A DNA stretch of 64,000 nt from an uncultured Actinomycetota bacterium. GTDB taxonomy: Bacteria > Actinomycetota > UBA4738 > HRBIN12. Position numbers and translations under genes: made by a program. Under the pieces are notes generated by a model that was given only the letters and a program-made list of their open reading frames with translations, made no database searches and had not been told where the DNA came from. The DNA is taken from contig CAVRUS010000007.1 of the NCBI GenBank assembly GCA_963724415.1, forward strand, positions 61,888-125,887. Reading direction: 5' to 3'. Positions 47,617 to 55,872 of this stretch are shown piece by piece. How positions within the stretch are numbered: the first letter of the stretch is position 1; every line of letters begins with the position of its first letter.

Positions 47617-48690
47617 CTAGGCGACCCGGACCGAGTTCACGGGCGCGAGCCGCTCATGGACGGAGAACCACGAGGCGCCGGCATCTCCGGAGCCGAAGAC
47701 GTCGCCCGAGGTGGCTCCGAAGTACAGTCCCATGCCCGCGCCCTCTCCGTCGGCCGCGAAGGCCTGCCGCAGGATCGTGAGGAAGGCATCCTCCTGGGGA
47801 AGACCGTCGCTCAGCGAGGTCCACGACTCGCCCGCATCGCGCGTCCCGTAGACACGCGCTCGCCCGTCGACCGTGACCCGGTCGCCGTCGCTGTTCATCG
47901 GGATCACGAACGCCGAGTCGGGATCAGCGGGATCGATCACCATCGGGAAGCCGAAGTCGGCCGGCAGTCCGTCGGCGATCGCGATCCAGCTCTCGCCGGC
48001 GTCGTCGCTGCGGTAGACGCCTCCGTGGAACTGGATGAACAACCGTTCCGGCCGGAGCGGCGCCCGATGCATGTTGTGGACGCAGAGGTCGAGCGTTCCC
48101 TCCCTCGCCTCCTCCGGGATGTAGCGGGGGACCAGACCCTCGTTGCCGTGGCGCCACGACGCGCCGCCGTCCTCGCTCAACCACACGCCGACCGCGGAGA
48201 TGCCGATCGCGAGCCGCGAGGGATCCCCCGGCCAGGTGGCTATCGAGTGGAGGCACAGACCGCCGGCGCCCGGCTGCCACGACGAGCGGCTGGGCTGGTC
48301 GTACAGTGCCCGATTCAGCTCCCAGGTCATCCCTCCGTCGGTGGAGGTGAACAGCCCCGCGGGCGCGACGCCCGCGTATATCAACCCGTCGGCCTCACCC
48401 GGCTTGATCGCCCAGATCCGATCCAGCGTCCAGTCGCTGTCCTCCGGGTAGCCGAGGCCGGTCGTGGGTTCCCACTCGCCCGTGGGATCCGTGGTGTGCA
48501 TGATGCGCGGACCGAAGTGCCCCGACGTCACCGACGCGAAGTAGCGGCCGGTCCGGGGATCGCGGATCGCGAACTCCACGACGTTGCCGGGGAAGGCGCG
48601 AGCCGCGACGTCGAACGGCTTCTCTGCGCCGGCGTCGCCCCTGAGGACGAACAGGCCCTTCTTCGTTCCGACCAGCAGTTCGGTCATCAC
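47617..48690 (-). CDS. BNR/Asp-box beta-propeller protein
   Basis: LLVGTKKGLF, repeated S.DGG..W / SDDAGESW Asp-boxes. Confidence 0.85.
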   Translation of the reverse strand: MMTELLVGTKKGLFVLRGDAGAEKPFDVAARAFPGNVVEFAIRDPRTGRYFASVTSGHFGPRIMHTTDPTGEWEPTTGLGYPEDSDWTLDRIWAIKPGEADGLIYAGVAPAGLFTSTDGGMTWELNRALYDQPSRSSWQPGAGGLCLHSIATWPGDPSRLAIGISAVGVWLSEDGGASWRHGNEGLVPRYIPEEAREGTLDLCVHNMHRAPLRPERLFIQFHGGVYRSDDAGESWIAIADGLPADFGFPMVIDPADPDSAFVIPMNSDGDRVTVDGRARVYGTRDAGESWTSLSDGLPQEDAFLTILRQAFAADGEGAGMGLYFGATSGDVFGSGDAGASWFSVHERLAPVNSVRVA

Positions 48691-48950
48691 TTGCCTCCTG
48701 AGATCGAGGGGAGGACGTGCACCGTCGCGTCGGAGGCGACGGCCGCGTCCTCCCGGACACGTTCACCGTTCACGAAGACGTTCACGTGCCGACGCACGCG
48801 GCCGTGTTCGTCCAGGACCCACCCCTCGATCTTGGGGTGCCGGCGTTCCAGCTCCCGGAGGACCTCGCCGACCGAGGTGCCCTCGATCGCGACCTCCCGG
48901 TTGCCTCCTGCGAGGTCCTTCAGCGGTGCGCGGAGCTTGACGGTCGCCAC
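48687..48950 (-). CDS. MoaD/ThiS family ubiquitin-like protein
   Basis: HVNVFVNGE, C-terminal ISGG(K); overlaps BNR gene start. Confidence 0.85.
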   Translation of the reverse strand: MATVKLRAPLKDLAGGNREVAIEGTSVGEVLRELERRHPKIEGWVLDEHGRVRRHVNVFVNGERVREDAAVASDATVHVLPSISGGK

Positions 48951-48959
48951 GTTTCGAGC

Positions 48960-49439
48960 CTATCCGGCCGCCGCGGCCGCGGCGAAGCGCTCCAGCGGGA
49001 GCTGCCAACCGCCGTCGTGACCCTCGCGGGCCTCCGCCGCTCGCGCTCCGAGCTTGTCCCAGCCCCGGTGCTCGAGCTTGACGATCGTCCCATCTCCATC
49101 CGGCTCGAAGTGGATCTCGACGTCGGTCGGAGGCTCGGACCGGTCGTTCGGCTTCCACGCGAGCACGATCCGGGCTGGAGGTTCATAGGCGACGACGTCG
49201 GCCCAGACGCCTTCGACACCCTCGGAGGTGACCTCGTAGAGGCGACCACCGGCGCGAGGCTCGAAGACGACGCGTTCCACCTTCACGCCGTCGCCGTACT
49301 GCTCGTCGGCTGCCCGTGAGAAGACGTCCACAGGCCACCATCGGTCGATGTGCTCCGTGAAGAGTCGGAACGCCTCCTCTGCCGATCGGTCGACACGGAC
49401 GCTCTTGCGAACGGGTCCCAGCGGCGCTTCCTCGATCAT
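48960..49439 (-). CDS. SRPBCC domain protein
   Basis: AFRLFT..WWP, YEPPARIVLAW, LEHRGW, GW. Confidence 0.85.
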   Translation of the reverse strand: MIEEAPLGPVRKSVRVDRSAEEAFRLFTEHIDRWWPVDVFSRAADEQYGDGVKVERVVFEPRAGGRLYEVTSEGVEGVWADVVAYEPPARIVLAWKPNDRSEPPTDVEIHFEPDGDGTIVKLEHRGWDKLGARAAEAREGHDGGWQLPLERFAAAAAAG

Positions 49440-49558
49440 CGCTGCTCCCTCCGGAACCGGGCGGTTGCGCGGCGGCATCCCTTCAGCGCTCGGACGATCT
49501 CGTCCCGGCGGGCGTGTTGCAGCTCCCTGCCCATCTCCGGATGCACGGGGCCGATCAT
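49436..49558 (-). CDS. 40-aa peptide translationally coupled on both sides
   Basis: MIGPVHPEMGRELQHARRDEIVRALKGCRRATARFRREQR; ATGA overlaps at both ends; SD-like AAGGGGG. Confidence 0.55.
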   Translation of the reverse strand: MIGPVHPEMGRELQHARRDEIVRALKGCRRATARFRREQR

Positions 49559-49905
49559 CGCTTCCCCCTTCCTGCCGGGCCCGAGGGCACCGACTCCACG
49601 AACTCCTTGAACGCGGCGAGGCGCTGGTCCCACATCGCGCCGATCGCGTGCATCCAGGCCTCCGCCTCCGCGAAGGCCCGGGTGCGCAGCTCGTAGCGGG
49701 TCTCGCGGCCGACTCGTGCGGCCGCGGCGAGCCCCGCTTCCTCCAGTGAGTCGAAGTGCTTCGCGATCGCCTGGCGTGAGACCGGGATCCGACGCGCGAG
49801 CTCCGTCGCGGTGAGCGGACCGTCCTTCGAGAGCTCGTAGACCACGCGCCGACGTGTCGGGTCGGCGAGCGCCTCGAAGACCGCGCCCGCGGCATCCTTC
49901 GTCAC
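49555..49905 (-). CDS. ArsR/SmtB family regulator
   Basis: VFEALADPTRR, VSRQAIAKH, GRETRY, WDQRL. Confidence 0.88.
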   Translation of the reverse strand: MTKDAAGAVFEALADPTRRRVVYELSKDGPLTATELARRIPVSRQAIAKHFDSLEEAGLAAAARVGRETRYELRTRAFAEAEAWMHAIGAMWDQRLAAFKEFVESVPSGPAGRGKR

Positions 49906-50330
49906 GCGGCCTCCAGGTACTCCTTGAGCTCGCCGAGCTCGTGCGCCCAGCCTTCGTCGTTGCCCTCCTGCGACTGGGTCTCGATCTGATCGGGGAGCGA
50001 GGCGAATCCGGACTCGACGAGCCGAAGGCGCGTCGATGTCCCACCTCCGAGCTCCTCGAGCGTGAACGAGACGGTCGTGAACGGGCGTCCGAGGCCCTCG
50101 GGCCGCCACCGGAACACGAAGCGGCCGGGTGGCTCCACGACGTCGACCACGGCTTCCGCTCTGGCTTCATCCCATTCGAGGACGGCGTCGCCGCCCGGCC
50201 GCAGGTCGATCTCCGCGCGTTTCGTGGGGAACCACCGGAGGAGCTGATCGGCCTCCGTGAGTGCCGCCCACACCCGTTCCCGAGGGGCTTGGATCTCCAG
50301 CTCTCTCCGAACCTCGTCCGGGATCTCCAT
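49902..50330 (-). CDS. SRPBCC/AHSA1 domain protein
   Basis: IQAPRERVWAALT, LVESGF, GWAHEL. Confidence 0.88.
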   Translation of the reverse strand: MEIPDEVRRELEIQAPRERVWAALTEADQLLRWFPTKRAEIDLRPGGDAVLEWDEARAEAVVDVVEPPGRFVFRWRPEGLGRPFTTVSFTLEELGGGTSTRLRLVESGFASLPDQIETQSQEGNDEGWAHELGELKEYLEAA

Positions 50331-50348
50331 CCGGTCCTCCTCTCATCC

Positions 50349-50398
50349 TGCAACCGTTCAGTTGCACGATGATACGCAACCTGACAGTTGCGTGTCAA
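50349..50398 (-). promoter_or_regulatory. Sigma-A promoter with two palindromic operators
   Basis: TTGACA-N18-TATCAT on minus; GCAAC-N6-GTTGC at 50350-50365 and 50376-50391. Confidence 0.75.
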
Positions 50399-50483
50399 GT
50401 CGGTCCGCGAGGCGTCGGGCAAGCGAGGGGCGTGTCTCCGAGGTCGGAACTTGTGATCGCGGGAGTCTGGGTAGGGTGCGGCG

Positions 50484-51987
50484 ATGACCGAGCATGCGGT
50501 GGTGATCGCCGGAGGAGGTCCGACCGGGCTGATGCTGGCGGGCGAGTTGGCCTTGGCTGGGGTCGACGTAGCCGTCGTCGAGCGGCGCGCGAGCCAGGAC
50601 CTCCCCGGCACGCGCGCAGGCGGGCTGCACGCACGCACCATCGAGATCCTCGACCAGCGCGGGATCGCCGATCGGTTCCTCTCGGAGGGACAGGTGGCCC
50701 AGGTCGCGGGGTTCGCCAGCGTGCGTTTGGACATCAGCGACTTCCCCACCCGTCATCCCTACGGGCTCGGGCTGTGGCAGAACCACATCGAGCGCATCCT
50801 GGCCGGGTGGGTCGGCGAGCTTGCGGTGCCGATCGGATACGGCACCGAGGTCACCGGTTTCGCTCAGGACGACACCGGTGTTGACGTCGAGTTGTCGGAC
50901 GGTCGGTCGCTGCGAGCGCAGTATCTCGTCGGGTGCGACGGCGGACGCAGCCTGATCCGGACAGCAGCCGGCATCGAGTTCCCCGGGTGGGATCCGACCA
51001 CGAGCAGCCTGATCGCCGAGGTCGAGATGGCCGAGGAGCCGGAACTGGGCATCCGCCGCACTCCCTCGGGCATGCATGCCCTGGGCAAGGTCGAGTACGA
51101 GATCAAGGACGGCGAGGTGGTCTACGAACCAGGCGGGACGGTCGGGGTCATGCTGACCGAGTCGCAGGTCGGCACGAGCGAGCCCACCCTGCGCGATCTC
51201 AGCGAGGGCCTCATCGCCGTCTACGGGACCGATTACGGGATCCACAGTCCCACCTTCATCTCCAGGTTCACCGACGCGACCCGGCAGGCCGCGGCCTACC
51301 GTGAGGGACGGGTCCTGCTGGCCGGCGATGCGGCGCACGTCCATTCCCCGGTCGGTGGGCAGGGCCTCAATACCGGCGTGCAGGATGCGGTGAATCTGGG
51401 CTGGAAGCTGGCCCAGGTGGTCCACCGGACAGCGCCGGAAAGCCTGCTGGACACCTACCAGGCCGAGCGCCACCCGGTCGCCGCCCGCGTGCTGCGCGAC
51501 ACGATGGCGCAGGTCGCGCTCCTGCGTCCGGACGATCGCATCGAGGCGGTGCGCGACACCGTGTCCGAGCTGCTGAACATGGACGAGCCGCGTACAGCCT
51601 TCGCCGCGAGGATGTCCGGTCTGGACATCCATTACGACCTGGGCGAGGGCCACCCGCTGCTCGGACGCCGCATGCCCGATCTCGACCTGGCCACCGACGA
51701 CGGTCCCGCTGCGCGTCTTCACCCTGCTGCACGCTGCCCGGCCGGTGCTCCTCAACCTCGGTGAGCCCAGCGACTTCGACGTCTCTCCATGGGCAGATCG
51801 CGTTCAGCTGATCGACGCCGGATACGACGGTGCGTGGGAGCTTCCGGCACTCGGGGCGGTCACCGCTCCCACCGCCGTGTTGATCCGGCCCGACGGATAT
51901 GTGGCCTGGGTGGGAGAGGACATCACCGGGCGCGGGCTCGCGGACGCGCTCACCACCTGGTTCGGGCCGCCGACCGCTGATGCGTAG
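50484..51987 (+). CDS. FAD-dependent monooxygenase, PheA/Rox-like (frameshift ~51707)
   Basis: GGGPTG, GCDGGRS, LAGDAAHVH..GGQGLN; C-terminal LIRPDGYVAW in shifted frame. Confidence 0.85.
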
Positions 51988-52050
51988 CGCCCGCCCCGGC
52001 TTCGAGGGTCGCTGAGAGTCTTGGACAGGAAGATGTCCTTCGAGTGGGTT

Positions 52051-52098
52051 CGTGGCGCTCGGATCTCCAGCTCTCGTCTGATCTCGTCCGGGATCTCC
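52051..52098 (-). pseudogene. Degenerate copy of the 5' end of the SRPBCC gene at 50281-50328
   Basis: 40 of 48 nt identical by eye; reads EIPDEIRRELEIRAPR versus EIPDEVRRELEIQAPR, start codon lost. Confidence 0.7.
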
Positions 52099-52224
52099 TG
52101 GCTCTCTCACCGCGAGATGTAAGAGATCGGCAACCTTCTCGTCGGCAAGTCGTCACGGGTGCTTCTCGAGACTGGTTCCGAGAGCGGTGGCGGAGAGAGC
52201 CACCCACGACCAGGGAGGGACGGG

Positions 52225-52656
52225 ATGAAGAGAACGATCATGATGATGAGCGCGGCCACAGCGCTCGTCCTCGTACCTGGCGCGGCGTTCGCGGGCGGGC
52301 CGCCCGCTCCGAGCTTCTACGTGAACGGGACGGTGTATCGCACCATCGCCACCCCTACGGATCTCACGGGAACCGGTGCGCCGGACCACTCGTTCGACAC
52401 GATCTACGAGTTCTTCGGCGCACAGATGAACGTCGCGACTGCTGCCCCAGGTGACCGCGGCTATAACGGTGGACGGTGGATCGTGCAGGGCCTCGATTGG
52501 AATTCCTCCTACGAGGATGCGGTCGCCCAGCACGGTGGATCGAACGGCGTGATCGACACGAACGACGAGATCGCGTCGGTCCTCGCCGATCCCGACGCGG
52601 GTGGTGCGACGACGTTCGAGGTCACGAGGTTCGTGTGCCCCGTGATCCCGGGCTAA
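52225..52656 (+). CDS. Secreted hypothetical protein
   Basis: Signal peptide ending AFA; APGDRGYNGGRW motif; GGAGG SD. Confidence 0.75.
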   Translation: MKRTIMMMSAATALVLVPGAAFAGGPPAPSFYVNGTVYRTIATPTDLTGTGAPDHSFDTIYEFFGAQMNVATAAPGDRGYNGGRWIVQGLDWNSSYEDAVAQHGGSNGVIDTNDEIASVLADPDAGGATTFEVTRFVCPVIPG

Positions 52657-52742
52657 CTCTCGATCTGCAGGTTGGGGTCGGCGTCCTCGGCGGAGGACGC
52701 CGGCCCTGGCCGTTGTCCCCTCCTGGGCCGCAAGATGGAGGG

Positions 52743-53426
52743 GTGAGTGGCAGCCACGTCCTGATCGTGGACGACGAGGCGATCGTGCGTGACGTCCTGA
52801 CCCGATACTTCGAGCAGGAGGGGTTCCGGGTCGACGTGGCGGCCGACGGCGAGGCGGCACTCGACCTCGCCGCCCGGGATCGACCCGACATCGTCGTCCT
52901 CGACCTGATGCTTCCCAAGATCGACGGCCTCGAGGTCTTCCGGCGGATCCGCGACGGCGGTGACCTGCCGGTTGTGATGCTGACTGCCAAGGGCGACGAG
53001 GTGGATCGCGTCGTCGGCCTCGAGCTCGGAGCCGACGACTACATCGGCAAGCCGTTCTCACCACGAGAGGTCGTGGCCCGCGTCAGGGCGGTGCTCCGCC
53101 GCGACGGACGATCGATCGATGGGAACGGGCTCATCATCGAGGGGCCGCTCGAGATCGACCGGAACCGTCGGGAGGTCAAGCGTGACGGCGAGCTGGTCGC
53201 GCTGACGAGGAAGGAATTCGATCTGCTCGACGTCCTCGCGTCACATCCCGGGACGACGTTCCGTCGGGTCGACCTGCTGGAACGCGTGTGGGACAGCGCG
53301 TGGGAGGGCGGGTCCTCGACCGTGACGGTGCACGTCCGCCGCCTCCGATCGAAGATCGAGGCAGACCCGTCGAAGCCGCGCCACATCGTGACGGTGTGGG
53401 GCGTCGGGTACCGGTTCGAACGATGA
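52743..53426 (+). CDS. OmpR-family response regulator
   Basis: LIVDDE, LDLMLP, GADDYIGKPF, TVWGVGYRF. Confidence 0.92.
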   Translation: MSGSHVLIVDDEAIVRDVLTRYFEQEGFRVDVAADGEAALDLAARDRPDIVVLDLMLPKIDGLEVFRRIRDGGDLPVVMLTAKGDEVDRVVGLELGADDYIGKPFSPREVVARVRAVLRRDGRSIDGNGLIIEGPLEIDRNRREVKRDGELVALTRKEFDLLDVLASHPGTTFRRVDLLERVWDSAWEGGSSTVTVHVRRLRSKIEADPSKPRHIVTVWGVGYRFER

Positions 53427-54724
53427 ATCGCCTCCGTCCTGCCGCGATGCTCCTGGGGCTGGTCGGGCTCGGCGCGGCCGGCGCGCTGCTCGTCGCCGTT
53501 GCGCTCGGGATGGATGCCTCAGAGCTCGCGCACCTCGCAGGGCTCTTCGCACCCGCGATCGTCGTGACCGTCGCCGCGGCGTTGTTGGCCGCCCGGCTCC
53601 TGCAGCGGACGTCGCTCCGCCAGCGATACCTCGCGATCGCCGCGGTGGGGACGCTCGTGGCGTTGGGCAACCTCATCGCCCTGACCAGGGCGATGTTCGT
53701 GTCGGCCCACGCGGCGACCGTGCTCGCCGTGGTGCTCATCTATGCGTCCGCGGCGGGGCTCGCGGCCGCGTTCGTGTCCGCTCGTTCCTCCGCGGCCGCG
53801 CTCGACAACGTGACGACGACAGCACGCGCGATCGGCGACGGCGATCTGTCCGCGCGCGTGGGTCCGCTCGACGCCGGCCCGGAGCTCGACAAGCTCGCCG
53901 AGACGCTCGATCGTATGGCGGCCCGTCTCCAAGATGTCCGCGACCAAGAGCAGGGGGTCGAACGCACCCGGCGTGATCTGATCTCGGCGGTCTCGCACGA
54001 TCTTCGAACCCCGCTCGCCAACCTGCGCGCGATGGTGGAGGCGATCGACGAGGGTGTGGTGGACGATCGGGAAACGTTCCGACGCTACGCGGCTGAGATG
54101 CGTCGAGCGGTCGGTCAGCTCTCGGCCCTCGTGGACGATCTCTTCGAGCTCGTCCAGATCGACACCCTCGCGATCGGGGCTGAGACCGATCGAGCGCGGC
54201 TGGACGATGTCGTGGCTTCCGCGATCGCGACGGTCCAGGCGGAGGCGAGCCGGAAGAGCGTGCATGTGACGACCGAGCTCGCAGGTTCGGAAGACGTACC
54301 GTGTTCCCCCCACCTCACACGCGTCATCCAGAACCTCCTCGTGAACGCCGTCCGCCACACGTCGCCGGAGGGGAGCGTTCGCGTCGAGGGTCGTCTGGGG
54401 ACGACCGAGGTGCGTCTCGCGGTCGAGGACACCGGCGAGGGGATCGCCGAGGACGATCTCCCGTTCGTCTTCGACCCGTTCTACCGGGTGGACTCGGCGA
54501 GGGCGGGCAACGGCGCGGGACTCGGGCTCGCGCTGGCGGACCGTATCGTCCGCGCGCTGGGTGGCACGATCGACGTCTCGAGCCAGCCCGATCGGGGGAC
54601 GCGATTCGACGTGACGCTGCCCCGGGACGGGATGTCCGGCCTCACGCCGGTCGCAGCTGGTCCGGAACCCGCCAGAACTCGAAGTGGTGGCCGTCGGGGA
54701 TCAGGAAGTCGCCTCCCCAGTTGA
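53423..54724 (+). CDS. HAMP sensor histidine kinase
   Basis: TM segments, SHDLRTPL, NAVRH, DTGEG, GAGLGL; ATGA overlap. Confidence 0.9.
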   Translation: MNRLRPAAMLLGLVGLGAAGALLVAVALGMDASELAHLAGLFAPAIVVTVAAALLAARLLQRTSLRQRYLAIAAVGTLVALGNLIALTRAMFVSAHAATVLAVVLIYASAAGLAAAFVSARSSAAALDNVTTTARAIGDGDLSARVGPLDAGPELDKLAETLDRMAARLQDVRDQEQGVERTRRDLISAVSHDLRTPLANLRAMVEAIDEGVVDDRETFRRYAAEMRRAVGQLSALVDDLFELVQIDTLAIGAETDRARLDDVVASAIATVQAEASRKSVHVTTELAGSEDVPCSPHLTRVIQNLLVNAVRHTSPEGSVRVEGRLGTTEVRLAVEDTGEGIAEDDLPFVFDPFYRVDSARAGNGAGLGLALADRIVRALGGTIDVSSQPDRGTRFDVTLPRDGMSGLTPVAAGPEPARTRSGGRRGSGSRLPS

Positions 54725-55853
54725 AGCCCCAGCTCTCGAAGATCCGGACGATCTCCCGGTTCATCGTCGGCCTCGTTCCGTACGGGTTCTGCGGCGCGTT
54801 GATATCGATGGCCGCGCCGTACGCGTGGTACGAGGGCGGCGCCGTCGGGCTTCGCGCCACCGTGCGCGACGCCCAGCACCCCGAATAGATCTTGATCTCC
54901 GACGCCAACCCTTCGGCGACGACCTCGTAGAGTGCGCCGCGGACCATCGGGATCAGTTTGCGGTGGCACGTGATCGTCCCGAGCAGCGGCACGTCCGTCG
55001 TGACGATGTTCCGCTCGACCCACGCGGGATCGATCGTGAGATAGGCCGGGTCGGCCTGCGGTGTGGCGGCGAACTCGCCGAACCGCTGCTTCAACAAGAC
55101 GGGCGGGTTCACGCCGCTCGCGACGCGGACGTATCTGGTCCCGCCGGCGATGTCGACACGGAGAGGGTCGTCACCGACGAACGGCAGCAGCTTCCGCTTC
55201 CACGCCGGGCGCGTCAGGGGGTTCGATGGCTGCGCCAGCAGGTACCGCTCGTGCGTGATGCCGAGTCGCCGTGCCGTTCCGCGATCGAGGAGCACCTCGG
55301 ACCACCCGACCGCGTCATCGGGCACGACGGCGCCGACACGGACCGAGCCGGTCCGGAACTCCAGCTTCCCGCCCGGGCCAAGTCCACGGAGCTTCGCGCT
55401 GTGCTCTCCCAGCACCGCTCTGCCTGCACCGAGGGCCCGGACGATCTCGTCCCGGACGCTGGCGTCGACGAACGGCGCGTAGTCGCTCGCCTGCACCGCG
55501 AACGCGTCGATCGGGAACGCGAACGGACTCGTCGGCTCATCCACGACCCGTCCGTCGGCGTCCTCGGTCCGGCGGAGCCAGAGGGTGTCGCCGGCGACCA
55601 CCACGACCTCGTCGAGGCCGGCCAGCCGCTCCATCTTCCGGCGGAACGCGGGATCGTCGAAGCCGCCTGGGACCCACGCGAGGTAGTTATCCGGCCCGGT
55701 GTATCGGGCGATGGAACTCCCACCATCGAGTGGGGGCGTTCGGACCGGTGCGGCGTCCTGTGCAGGCCACAACAGGAAGCCGCCGACGATCGCGACGAGT
55801 ACGGCGATCGATCCGATGAAGCCGCGCCGGCGCGCGGTCGGTGGGGAAGGCAC
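54642..55853 (-). CDS. M15 family metallopeptidase, membrane anchored
   Basis: SYHAYGAAIDIN, WGGDF..DGHHFE. Confidence 0.82.
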   Translation of the reverse strand: MPSPPTARRRGFIGSIAVLVAIVGGFLLWPAQDAAPVRTPPLDGGSSIARYTGPDNYLAWVPGGFDDPAFRRKMERLAGLDEVVVVAGDTLWLRRTEDADGRVVDEPTSPFAFPIDAFAVQASDYAPFVDASVRDEIVRALGAGRAVLGEHSAKLRGLGPGGKLEFRTGSVRVGAVVPDDAVGWSEVLLDRGTARRLGITHERYLLAQPSNPLTRPAWKRKLLPFVGDDPLRVDIAGGTRYVRVASGVNPPVLLKQRFGEFAATPQADPAYLTIDPAWVERNIVTTDVPLLGTITCHRKLIPMVRGALYEVVAEGLASEIKIYSGCWASRTVARSPTAPPSYHAYGAAIDINAPQNPYGTRPTMNREIVRIFESWGFNWGGDFLIPDGHHFEFWRVPDQLRPA

Positions 55854-55872
55854 GCATCCAGGCTACTGCGGG

